DNA of 62,998 nucleotides, filler included, from Stramenopiles sp. TOSAG23-2 (Eukaryota), in assembly GCA_900128395.1 (NCBI GenBank). It is 11 parts of 11 records of this genome, joined end to end, with 100 filler letters (N's around TTAATTAATTAA, not from the genome) between each part and the next. Parts side by side here need not be neighbours in the genome. Positions count along the whole stretch, not along the records: positions 6,702 to 13,300 come from LT650435.1; positions 13,401 to 19,998 come from LT650436.1; positions 20,099 to 26,693 come from LT650437.1; 8 more parts are not named here. One strand, 5' to 3'. The notes beneath the pieces were generated by a model. That model saw nothing but the letters and a program-made list of their open reading frames with translations. It did not search any database and had not been told where the DNA came from. Below, in pieces: positions 9,995 to 21,239 of the stretch; positions within the stretch are counted from its first letter, which is position 1; the number at the start of each line of letters is the position of its first letter. Made by a program: the position numbers and the translations under genes.

Positions 9995-11239
9995 ATGGAG
10001 AATAATAATAATTATACAGTCAGTGATTATCAAAAAAATGATAATAATGCAGAGGACTTGGGAAAAATGGAAAGGGGAGGAGTGAAGCCATATTCAAAAG
10101 ATGATTTATTGGAAATATTGCCAAAGCATTTTAAATTCTTTTTTAAAATTACAAGAGTGTTAGAGCCGAAGAATGATGTACGTAAAAAGCTGTTGGAATG
10201 GTTTGGTTTTATCTTTATGATTTCAATGGGAATTAACTTTGGTGTCAACTTACAATATTCTAATGGAGTTGTAAAACCACAATTTGGTTTACCAAGTATA
10301 GCAAATTTTGTGAGCCAAGTTGTATGCATACCTATAATGTATGGTTTAATTAAATATTTTGAAGATTCTGGGCAAAATTTTTATAACCTATGGAACAAGA
10401 CGCCACAAGTAAATCAACAGAGTGTTGACAAGATCGCAAAATCGCTAAGAAAAATGATGTGTTATTTTGCTGGAGCCGTTTTTCTTTTTACACTATCTAT
10501 GGTTTACATCGGTACACAAGATCCGGCAATGCCCAACTGGTTTATTTTATATAGTGCAGTAGTATTTCCATTCTTTGCATTACTAATGCTTTATGGTTAT
10601 GGAAATTTCTTTCTCTTTGGAATATGTTTAATAGTTTGCATTTCACATGCTGCAAATACAGAAATAATTAAGATTAGGACAAATGTAATTCAAAAATTTT
10701 CAGATTATAAAGAGGAAGGCGAAAAGGTTATATTAAAGAATTTCTCTAATGATTTTCTTCTGGCTAGTGCAAAATTATCAAAGGGTTACAAATATATTGG
10801 AAAGATTTTAATGATCTATCTGGTTATTACTATACTCAATATTTTATTGCCACTTGCGGATACAGTGATTAATATTGTTCAAGGTCGATATGTAGATATT
10901 GTTCAACTCATATTTCTATTTTCTGTATTTATGCCGATACAAGTGTATGTGTCTATCCTTTTATTATCAACAAGCATTTCACCTTCAAATGAGTACACTG
11001 TTTTTATTGAACAATTACAAAAACCAGATATACTATTCACAATATCAAAAATTTATGGTAGTGAAGCCCATGGAATGTCGTATTTTTTTGAAGGTTTAGA
11101 AACAAGTCGTAAAGATGTGGTTTGGAAAATCTTTGGAATACCATTAACTTTCGCTGTATATCAAAAAGTAATTGGATCATTAGTTAGTATTATAATTTTG
11201 TCAATGACATTTGCACTTCGTAGTTCGGTGACACTTTGA
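9995..11239 (+). CDS. Seven-TM membrane protein, gustatory-receptor-like (7TMIC) candidate
   Basis: About 7 hydrophobic segments, long loops after TM4 and TM6, and C-terminal WKIFGIPLT...VIGSLVSIIILSMTF; first ATG is at 9995. Confidence 0.6.
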   Translation: MENNNNYTVSDYQKNDNNAEDLGKMERGGVKPYSKDDLLEILPKHFKFFFKITRVLEPKNDVRKKLLEWFGFIFMISMGINFGVNLQYSNGVVKPQFGLPSIANFVSQVVCIPIMYGLIKYFEDSGQNFYNLWNKTPQVNQQSVDKIAKSLRKMMCYFAGAVFLFTLSMVYIGTQDPAMPNWFILYSAVVFPFFALLMLYGYGNFFLFGICLIVCISHAANTEIIKIRTNVIQKFSDYKEEGEKVILKNFSNDFLLASAKLSKGYKYIGKILMIYLVITILNILLPLADTVINIVQGRYVDIVQLIFLFSVFMPIQVYVSILLLSTSISPSNEYTVFIEQLQKPDILFTISKIYGSEAHGMSYFFEGLETSRKDVVWKIFGIPLTFAVYQKVIGSLVSIIILSMTFALRSSVTL

Positions 11240-11426
11240 TTTTAAAGAAAGGAGTTCTCAATTATAATATACCTCGTAAATTATGATGTACGAACCTATG
11301 TCCATAAGTACGTACGAATTATATTTTTTATTTTTTTTTGTGTAAAATCTCACATCACAACTTACACACAACCACCACACTTTTATTTCACACACATCAA
11401 TATTATCACAAAAACATCTCCATCTC

Positions 11427-12860
11427 TCATTTTGTAAACATACGACTAATATATGCTGAATCAATATATACTTTAATAAATGCATTTTGCAAATTGATTT
11501 TTTTTTGTACTAATTTTCGACGAAGTATTTCAGCATCCATTTCACGAAAGGTTAAAGGGTGAATTCTAGGTCCAGATTTTTGATAAGTTACACCATTTAC
11601 ATGTAATACTTTATTATTACCAACATTATTGACATGAAATAATGGTATTGTATTATGATTTTCAATATGATACCTACGAAAACTTGGTCCACGATATGCA
11701 TTGGATAAAACTTTTCTACTATAATATGTAGTAATATCTTGATCATACATAAAGGAATATTCTTTTGTTGCAATTCTAGCACTATTACTAAAATTAAATA
11801 CTTCATCAAATAAATCCAACGTTACATAATGAAACTTCCCTCCTTTCCATTTTTCCATTGCTTGTTCCATTTCTGTCTTTTTTGCATTTCTTATCTCGAT
11901 ATAATTTTGTGCAGACTTTTCATCTTGAAATACATATATAAATGAAAAGATATGTCCAATTGCGCCTTTTAAAAACCAATTTTCAGGTTTTACTCTTATT
12001 AATTCATCGGCTCTTCCAAGATAACCAGGTACTTGATCTGTTTCAATTATTTCCTCTGATGGAGTGCTAACTCTTACTACTTTTAAACGATTTCTTTCAT
12101 CGTCTGCAGTATATGAAATAAATGCTAATTTACCAACAAGTGAATTGTATTTTGCATTTGCCAGACAAAAATTTTTTATTTTACTTAATGTATCCATATT
12201 TGAAACTAAAATAGTACTCATTGCAGATACTCGTACACGACTTAAAACTTTTGCAACTTGTATGTTATCTGTCGTAATAAGATCACATAATAGTCCATAT
12301 ATCTTAATATTTTTATTATATGAACTTGTCTTTGAAACATCTTTTAGCATTTCTTTTACAAGGTATAGATTAGATAAGTGGGATAATTCGTCATCTACAT
12401 CATTTTGTTTCGATCGAATTAAACACAATTTCCAATAGGATGATGATGATGATATTGGAGGATTATCATCATCCTTTTTTGTACTATTATTATTATTATT
12501 AGGAATGGTATCATAATATTTTTCATATTGAGTTTTTTTCTTTAGCAAATCTCTCCATAAATGGAAACCATTGTCACAAATTAATTTTAATATGGTCGTA
12601 GATACCATTTCTAATCTGCACAATTCCTCAAAATTGAAAAAAGATAAAGCTCTTTCAAGACCTTTTAATATTATGTCCAGATCAACGTTATTTATTATAT
12701 TAGATGCAATTTTTGCAGCAATAATGATTTCTTTAGTAGTAATTGTTTTATTTCCATTTTTTTGTGGCGATGACGATGGTATCGTAGATGTATTGGAAAC
12801 CGATCGTGTTACGGTTGTTTTGAGTGATGGTGAGGGGGTGGAAGATGATGTATTTCCCAT
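11427..12860 (-). CDS. Hypothetical protein with F-box-like motif and N-myristoylation signal
   Basis: 477-aa ORF; MGNTSS start; LSFFNFEELCRLEMVSTTILKLICDNGFHLWRDLL resembles an F-box. Confidence 0.6.
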   Translation of the reverse strand: MGNTSSSTPSPSLKTTVTRSVSNTSTIPSSSPQKNGNKTITTKEIIIAAKIASNIINNVDLDIILKGLERALSFFNFEELCRLEMVSTTILKLICDNGFHLWRDLLKKKTQYEKYYDTIPNNNNNSTKKDDDNPPISSSSSYWKLCLIRSKQNDVDDELSHLSNLYLVKEMLKDVSKTSSYNKNIKIYGLLCDLITTDNIQVAKVLSRVRVSAMSTILVSNMDTLSKIKNFCLANAKYNSLVGKLAFISYTADDERNRLKVVRVSTPSEEIIETDQVPGYLGRADELIRVKPENWFLKGAIGHIFSFIYVFQDEKSAQNYIEIRNAKKTEMEQAMEKWKGGKFHYVTLDLFDEVFNFSNSARIATKEYSFMYDQDITTYYSRKVLSNAYRGPSFRRYHIENHNTIPLFHVNNVGNNKVLHVNGVTYQKSGPRIHPLTFREMDAEILRRKLVQKKINLQNAFIKVYIDSAYISRMFTK

Positions 12861-13072
12861 CGTCTCTTCGTTTCTTTCTCTTTTATTTTATCTCTTCTAC
12901 ATATACTTGTGTATCTATCTATCGAAGCTTTTTTGGGTTGTTTTTTTAGATTAGGGGGTGGAAGATGATGTATTTCCCATCGTCTCTTCGTTTCTTTCTC
13001 TTTTATTTTATCTCTTCTACATATACTTGTGTATCTATCTATCGAAGCTTTTTTGGGTTGTTTTTTTAGATT
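12833..13072. repeat. 120-bp tandem duplication covering a start codon
   Basis: 12833-12952 equals 12953-13072. Confidence 0.95.
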
Positions 13073-13400
13073 GATTGATTTTAATTTTTGCAACATCATC
13101 ATCATTTAGTGATATGTTCATGCTATATTATTTTTGACTTAGAAAGATTCGCTCTCTCTCCATCACAGGCTCACAAAAAACAACAAATGCACAAATCAAT
13201 CTAAATCCAATCAAATGAAGACACGTTAAAAAGCTGTCGAACTACCTTGTTATACGTGTTAATTTAATGCTAAGCCCATGGTAGGATACTGCCTCGAAAC
13301 NNNNNNNNNNNNNNNNNNNNNNNNNNNNNNNNNNNNNNNNNNNNTTAATTAATTAANNNNNNNNNNNNNNNNNNNNNNNNNNNNNNNNNNNNNNNNNNNN

Positions 13401-13773
13401 ATCATTCTCATTCTTCGCTTTTGTTTCATTCGTTCTTGATTTTCATCTATTACTTGAAATATATATGTTCTTGAACCAATTTTACTTATATCTTTGTTTT
13501 TCAAATCATCATGATTCTTCTTTTGCTTCTTCTTCTTATTATTAATATCAACATTACCTTTCGTATTCGTATTATTATTATTAATATCATCACTATCTAA
13601 ATTCAAACCTCCAACTGTACGACGATGTTCATATCCTTTATATAATTCTGGATAAAAATCTTGTTGTGTACGTAATTTTAAACCATGTACAGCTAAACGT
13701 GCAACTCTTGGAACAGCCCATGAATCATATGGTTCACCTTTTTTCAATGTGATATGTATTTGTCCATTCTCTA
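13401..13773 (-). repeat. Inverted copy of the 3' part of the BMT5-like gene
   Basis: Reverse complement of 15652-16024; encodes the identical peptide. Confidence 0.95.
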
Positions 13774-13979
13774 ATTTCGAGTATAGACTTAAGATATAAA
13801 AAACTGGTGGGTTGGAACAAACCTTTCCTTATTAGAAATGGCGAAAGCTTTCGTTGCTAGAACACGACGAGCTGGAGGCTCTTTTCTATTCTTTGAAGCT
13901 TGTTTCATTGGTTTTTTTGATGCATCGTCTGCATTTTTACGTGGTATTATTTCACATTATCATACACATACATTTACAG

Positions 13980-14446
13980 GATACCATCACCATCTGTTGC
14001 GCCTAAATAATAATAATATTACTGATGTACAAAGTATTGGTGAAGGATTAAAAACAAACAAAGCATTAGAGAGGTTGTTCCTACATAAAAATAATATTAC
14101 TGATGTACAAAGTATTGGCGAAGCATTAAAAGCAAACAATACATTAAAGAGGTTGTTCCTATATAGTAATAATATTACTGTTGTACGAAGTATTATTGAA
14201 GGATTAAAAACAAACACTAAATTACACTCATTGGACTTACAAAAAAATAATATTACTGATTATGGTGTACAAAGTACGAGTACTCGTATTATTGATGTAT
14301 TAAAAACAAACAATAAATTATATTACTTGGACCTACAGAAGAATCAACTTAGTGATGATATAAAATCACAATTAAATGCATTAAACGGGTCGAAAGAAGT
14401 GGACCACGGTGGAACTATTCAGATACATGTACGATCGTATAAATAA
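13980..14446 (+). CDS. RI-like (NLRC3/CARMIL-type) leucine-rich repeat protein, 3' portion
   Basis: Repeats LxLxxNNITDVQSIGEGLKTNxxL; preceded by acceptor-like tttacag at 13973-13979. Confidence 0.75.
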
Positions 14447-14502
14447 TTAAATATTATGATAAATATTGTGTAATCTCTATATAAGCACATAAGTGCACCA
14501 AT

Positions 14503-14629
14503 ATATATATGTTTCGCGAATTCGCGAGGGAGTCTCCTACCATGGGCTTAGCATGGGCTTAGCATTAAATTACATTCTTCACCACAATCGAAAAAATTTA
14601 TTATTATTGCGAATTCGTGAACATATATA
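14503..14629. repeat. Short inverted-repeat-bounded element with a partial inverted homolog at 13261-13300
   Basis: atatatgtttcgcgaattcgc ... gcgaattcgtgaacatatat; the internal tcctaccatgggc(ttagcatgggc)ttagcattaaatt matches the reverse complement of 13261-13286. Confidence 0.55.
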
Positions 14630-14810
14630 AAAATAGTTTTAATAATTATAGAAAACAAACTTAATGTTGTATGAAGAAGAATCTATTCTATCACTCACAT
14701 TTTCTATCTATATATCTATCTTCTGTCTCTCTCTCTCTCTCTTCTCACACCCCTTTTCATACCGGACCATACAACCAAACACACACGCACAAAAAAAAAA
14801 GACAACAAAC

Positions 14811-15080
14811 ATGCCGAAAAATAAAAAAAAACGGAAAGCACATTTAATGGACCGTAGGAAAGAATTAATTAAAAAAAATAAACAATATCAAGAAGAACAA
14901 CGTAAATTTAAAAATAAAGAATTTGCACATGAGCAACGCGTAAAGAAATACAAGCGTTCAATCGCACGTGTGCCATATAGATATGATGATAATATTTTAT
15001 TAATAGGAGAAGGAAATTTTTCATTTGCATTAGGTTTAGTAAAATATTTCCAAAAATTACAATTAAAATATGGAAACAAA

Positions 15081-15113
<33 letters not shown>

Positions 15114-16109
15114 GGTAGCAACAGTATGAAGCGTAGTGGTGATGATGATGACGAAGTAGCAAAAAAAACGACGTATAATTATTCAAATATATTTGCTACA
15201 TCATACGATAGTGAAGAAGAAGTATATACAAAATATCCCGAAGCAAAGGATATAGTAAAAGAATTGAATACAAATAATGTAAATGTATTACATAGTATTG
15301 ATGCAACTAATTTAATAAATATGAAAGATTTATTGAATATTGTGAATGAATCAAAGAAACAAAAGGAGGATGATGATGATGATGATGACGAGGGGGAAGA
15401 TTATAATTCTTATCATGATGATGGTGGAGATAATTCTTCTACTAAGAAAACCAAGAAGAGCAATGATTATAATTTCTTCAATCATATTGTATTTAATTTT
15501 CCACATACTGGTTGTGGGATCAAAGATACATTGCAAAATAATCGCCATCATCAACGATTTTTAACAGATTTTTTTAAAAGTTCAATACCATTACTTGCAA
15601 AGAGTTCATATGAAGAAGATAATAATAATATGAAAAACAATAAGAAATTAATAGAGAATGGACAAATACATATCACATTGAAAAAAGGTGAACCATATGA
15701 TTCATGGGCTGTTCCAAGAGTTGCACGTTTAGCTGTACATGGTTTAAAATTACGTACACAACAAGATTTTTATCCAGAATTATATAAAGGATATGAACAT
15801 CGTCGTACAGTTGGAGGTTTGAATTTAGATAGTGATGATATTAATAATAATAATACGAATACGAAAGGTAATGTTGATATTAATAATAAGAAGAAGAAGC
15901 AAAAGAAGAATCATGATGATTTGAAAAACAAAGATATAAGTAAAATTGGTTCAAGAACATATATATTTCAAGTAATAGATGAAAATCAAGAACGAATGAA
16001 ACAAAAGCGAAGAATGAGAATGATGAATAATGGTGGTAATAATAAAAAAAGAAAGAAAGGGAAAGGAAGTGGTAGTGGTGGTAAAAAGCAAGATAAATTT
16101 TTAAAATAA
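14811..16109 (+). CDS. BMT5: 25S rRNA (uracil-N3) methyltransferase BMT5-like (DUF2431)
   Basis: ILLIGEGNFSFALGL, ATSYDS, VLHSIDAT, IVFNFPHTG, IHITLKKGEPYDSW, YKGYEHRRT. Confidence 0.85.
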
Positions 16110-16336
16110 AAATGATTAGATATTCCTAAATTTAAAAACTTTTTATATTTAAAACACAGATGTCATATCATACACATAGACGACTCTTCAAAAAACACCC
16201 TACACACGGGGTTTATACTTTTTTAAAAGACATTATATACGTTCCACTATTTTATCTTCTTTTTTTTTGATAACCTTTACCAGTATGTGTTCTTGGATTT
16301 TCAAATAATGTTGCTAATAATATACGTTCCACTATT

Positions 16337-17017
16337 TTATCTTCTTTTTTTTTGATAACCTTTACCAGTATGTGTTCTTGGATTTTCAAATAATGTTGCT
16401 AATAAATTCATATTCACATTACGTCGAAACATTTGTGTTCGTCGTCCTTGTCCTGGATGTAATAATGCCGTTTTCACTGTACCAGTTGTATAATATAAAT
16501 CAAATTTACAAGTTAGGGACTCATCGTATTCTTTAACAAATGCAATCATATAACTATTAGGATTAAAATCAACTTCTTCTAAATCATATTCCTCTGCTAA
16601 AGCCCTTAGATCATCTAAATCATATGAAATATTTTTATTTTCATACAATTTTGATAATAAATAATCATATTTTTCCGGTATTACTTTACCTTGCCATAAA
16701 TGTCTTATAACACAACTTCGAGCGACTTTTTTCCAATTTTTACTTTTGGATATATAAACTTGTACAGGAAAATTCCCTCCCCATGCATGATCGACATGAT
16801 GACCAACTTCAGACGCAGCATAAAACGGACCTTGTAACTCCTTACTTTCTGTATTGTATAATAACAATGGAGTGCCAGGTAATATTTTTTCGACTTTTTG
16901 ATTGCTTAAACTTGCAGGACCACCAAACAAACCACGTTGAAGACATTCCGCTTCGGTAGAATTGGTACAACAAAATATAAATGCTGAAAATGGTGTATTA
17001 CGTTTTCGTTTTGGCAT
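16337..17017 (-). CDS. DCD (development and cell death) domain protein with an additional C-terminal domain
   Basis: FIFCCTNSTEAECLQRGLFG...PGTPLLLYN...LQGPFYA...AWGGNFPVQV fits DCD; C-terminal YYTTGTVKTALLHPGQG..QMFRR..NPRTHTGKGY. Confidence 0.8.
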   Translation of the reverse strand: MPKRKRNTPFSAFIFCCTNSTEAECLQRGLFGGPASLSNQKVEKILPGTPLLLYNTESKELQGPFYAASEVGHHVDHAWGGNFPVQVYISKSKNWKKVARSCVIRHLWQGKVIPEKYDYLLSKLYENKNISYDLDDLRALAEEYDLEEVDFNPNSYMIAFVKEYDESLTCKFDLYYTTGTVKTALLHPGQGRRTQMFRRNVNMNLLATLFENPRTHTGKGYQKKRR

Positions 17018-17290
17018 ACTTATATATATATATTAATATATAAAAAAAATTTTGTTATTGTTGTATTGATTGATTTTACTCTTATATAGTGTAATAATTG
17101 TGTACATATGATTGATACATGTATTTTTTTCTTATCGATTATCAGAAATAGAAATCATATGTGCATATCTCTGTCTATCAATGTAATTACAAATTCTGTA
17201 ACAATTTCCTACAGATTCTACTTAAATAAAGCTATTTTTCTCTTCTTATAGGCCAAAGTACTATTTTGACTACTATATTTACCTACTTGA

Positions 17291-18487
17291 ATTTTCCTAC
17301 GCTTCTCGTAGCAAAATGTTCTAATACGTGAATTTTATTTGGCTAGCATTACCATATCATTGGCCAAAACCCTCTAATTATATTTTGATTTGTATGGAAA
17401 TAGCATTACATCAAACTCCAGAAAATGATTACTATGGACATAATGAGTGTTAAAATGGAAGTGATACATGAAATAAATCGATGGGCAATAGCATCACACA
17501 GCACTCACTACGATTTTTTGGAAGTGTAAAATCTAGGCCAAAATGGAGCTTAGCAGGTAAATACGATTACATAATATCAGAATATTTTTCAGAATTTCCT
17601 ACGGAAAACGTAGGAAATTTGGTAGTAGGTGCATAGCAGGCAAAACCAAAATGATTGCCTTAAAAAGTAAGGCGAAAATACGCTAAATCATACATCAGAT
17701 GGCACAGCCTTAGTATAGCATGAGAATAGCACTATTATGTACGAACACATCTTCAATATACATGTTGAATTGACATCAAATAGTATCCAATATAAAATAT
17801 AATGACACGCCTAGCAGTATGATATATGCAAAGAGTAACTTGTACCGTACGATACAAAAATTGGCATTTTTTCTTGTACAATATGACATTTTGTGACATT
17901 TTAATGGAAAATCATGCACTTTTTCTACCTTCTTATGGTGATTTCTGACATAAAAATTGTATTCGACGATTGGTAAAAGGAAGGTGCATATGTGAAAATG
18001 TTGAAATGCCATCTTTCATAGATAAATGGCGTGATCTCAAAATTTGTGTCAACATTGGTTCTTAAAAATATAATATCAAAGGTGTAATGAGTGTGTGTAA
18101 TACGCGTCATTTACGTGAAAATTAAACACTTTTTTGTGTAAATATAAAAAAAAGCAAGTAAAATTTATATTCCTATCACAAATAGTAGCTTAATAAGTAC
18201 AAACAATCTTAAAAATATAATATCAAAGGTGTAATGAGTGTGTGTAATACGCGTCATTTACTTGAAAATTAAACACTTTTTTGTGTAAATATAAAAAAAA
18301 GCAAGTAAAATATATATTCCTATCATAAATAGTAGCTTAATAAGTACAAACAAAAAATCGAAAAGTACCAGTAAGATGGAAAATAGATAATGCTATGACG
18401 ATGCTAATTTTAATTTTGGAGACTCTAATGTTATTCCCATAGTAATATAAGTACTTATCAATTTTCCTACACAAAGCGTAGGAAAAT
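17291..18487 (+). mobile_element. Non-coding dispersed repeat, copy A, with cctac/gtagg palindromes
   Basis: Collinear homology to the reverse complement of ~45720-46620; palindromes at 17291, 17593 and 18461. Confidence 0.7.
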
Positions 18488-18739
18488 GTTCCTGAGTATT
18501 AAGATTATTTCGAAATTATTTAAATAAATTAAAATCCTATATTTTAATATATCTGTACAGGTACATACTGGCATACCAGGCATACACTCTATATATACTC
18601 TGCTTAGTATAATATAATAAAACTCTGTAATAATAAAAATTGATAGATGTACAAGATATAGAAGAGGGGTGGCGGGGGGGAAGTAATAGTATATTTTAAA
18701 TATAATATACATACTGACGAATAAATATAGTCACTAACC

Positions 18740-19529
18740 ATGACGTCTAGGGCACAATATGAATCTGCAATACAAGCAAGGGATAAAACAATAGAAACGT
18801 TACGGGAGATACTTGCAGCATATCAACAACAATTGAAAGATTTAACAAATGCATCTGAAAGTGCTTCTTCTGTTGCAGAATTAGAAGTTCAAATAAAAGC
18901 ATTAGAAAATGATAAAACAAAATTAATGGATATCAACAATTCGCAAAAGCAAGAGATACTTACATATAAAACTAAAATTGAACAGTCGAATGAGCAATTA
19001 AATGATGCTGATGCATTTTATACAACTGCAAATGAAGAAATTGCTACGTTGCGTAAAAAAACTCAAAAATTAAAAGATACGAAAAAAAAATTAGAAAAAA
19101 AGTTGGAAAAAAATGAAATTAACACTGCAAAAATGATGAAAGATTATGATATACGTTTGAATGAGAAACGTTCCGATATTATTGCTTTGAGGGGTGAAAT
19201 TAATAAAAAGGCATTAGAAGTGTCTAAAGAAAAAAGCAATGTGAAAAACATACAATTGCAATTAGTTTCTAGTGAACGTATGTTAATGTATAATGAAGAT
19301 ATTTTATCACAAAAATATGAGATTGAATGTTTAAAAAAAGAGTTTCTTGATATTCAAACAAAGGAAGAAGATGAAAAATCAATACGTATACGTGATTTAG
19401 AAGATATGCTTCATCATGAACAAAAAGCAAGGGAAAAGTTACAAAATGAACGTGAATTATTATTAGATAAATTAAAACAAACTAGTAGAAACAACAATAT
19501 AAATAATGGTAGTCCAAAACGACGTAATC

Positions 19530-19563
<34 letters not shown>

Positions 19564-19831
19564 TGATGATACGATGATCAGGAATAATAATAATACTATT
19601 AACAATAATAATGATGTAAATACAATGATGAATATTCCAAAGGATTTATCTTTTGTTGATAGTCCAAATGGTATGTATGATCCATTATTACCATCCAATG
19701 AATATGGTGTAAATAGTAAAAGCAATAGTCCAATACGTACACCAAATAGAAAAGGTTCACATTCTAGAGGTAAAGATGATGATTATGATGATAATGAAAG
19801 TGATGAAGATGAAAGTTCTTGTTGTTGTTAA
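18740..19831 (+). CDS. Coiled-coil protein ending in -SSCCC (possible lipidation)
   Basis: 363-aa heptad-rich ORF with a poly-Asn tail. Confidence 0.75.
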
Positions 19832-20098
19832 AAGTTTGTAAAAATATAACTAAATTATTAATTATATAATTATTAATATATTAAATATCATATCGTACGA
19901 GTAGTTGATACCATCTATTTACCTTCATTTGGTTTTCTCTATTATGGGAATATCAACACATTAGTGTGAGATAGATTATTTCAGTTATTGTATTGTATNN
20001 NNNNNNNNNNNNNNNNNNNNNNNNNNNNNNNNNNNNNNNNNNTTAATTAATTAANNNNNNNNNNNNNNNNNNNNNNNNNNNNNNNNNNNNNNNNNNNN

Positions 20099-20404
20099 AC
20101 TATAACTACTAACATCCCCACCAACTAATTTTAAATAACGTAATATTAATTTAGCATTTGCATGATTTATATAAAAATGACGTTGATTTGTCGCAGCTGT
20201 TATTGTTATTAAATGTTTCATATCTGTCTGACTACCATCAATCTCTAACGTCCCAGAAACTTCAATATGATTTTCACCACCAATTGTACAATCCGTTGAT
20301 CTAATAAATGTTCCTGTATTGGAACTAAGTGCACAATCCCATTCATTACCATTTGTACCATATATTGATATACATAAAATGAATATAAATAAAGTTATCA
20401 TCAT
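20099..20404 (-). CDS. Secreted/surface protein N-terminus, polymorphic-membrane-protein/beta-helix-like; truncated
   Basis: Signal peptide MMITLFIFILCISIYG; ITITAATNQRHFYI...LILRYLKLVGG; runs into the linker. Confidence 0.6.
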
Positions 20405-21239
20405 GAAAAAATAAAAAGTATTTCCACACAAATTCTGGTAAAATGAATATGTATCTATTTATAATCTGTATGTAAATTACTATATATTGTACGATAAATG
20501 CTTATCAATGAGTGATTTTTTACATCTTTCGTGTACACTATATACAATATACATCTATCTTGTATAGATCTATATATTCTTTTGTTTTTTAGTGTTTTTA
20601 TTAGTTAGTTTTTTTTATTATTATTATAGTAGTAGTAGAGATATAATACGAAAGAGTCTGACGACGCGACGACGCAGACTATAGTAGATAGTAGTTTCGT
20701 AGTTGTTTACATAATACATAATACAGCAGTTGTTTACCAGTTTACTTAATACTTACTACTACTCTGGTTCATACTTATGATATACTAAAGAGTAAAAACA
20801 TACCTATTTAACACAGACTTTTTCCTGACCATGGTGGATGGTGGCCATGTGTTGCTGGAATGTATATATAATACTGCTGGACTATGTTACAGAGTAATAT
20901 AATTACGAAGCGTACAAAAACAAATATTATTTTTAAAAAAAGTATTAGAGAGACACTTATAAATCTCAAATCTCAATATAAAAACACAAGAAACCCTACA
21001 CACCAAGAAGTGTTTTTTTTTAAATTATGAACCGTAACTCTTTTAATGTAAATATTATTGCGAGCATAAAAATTATAAAAATTTTAAAATTTAATTAATA
21101 CGCTCGTAAACAATGTAACGGACAGGAACACTCAAGAGTGTGTTCCCTTTTTTCTTGATTTTTACCGGTCATTTTATTTTTACATTCAAATATGATACAT
21201 GCACTAACCTCTCTATCTATCTATCTATCTATCTACAAC

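Noticed and set aside
13838-13979. N-terminus of the 202-aa LRR ORF as real protein
   Set aside because: Lies in a mosaic region that reads better on the opposite strand; probably intron or chimera
17776-18110. Short ORFs inside the dispersed element (also 46424-46645)
   Set aside because: No reading frame appears conserved between the two copies and no recognisable protein motifs
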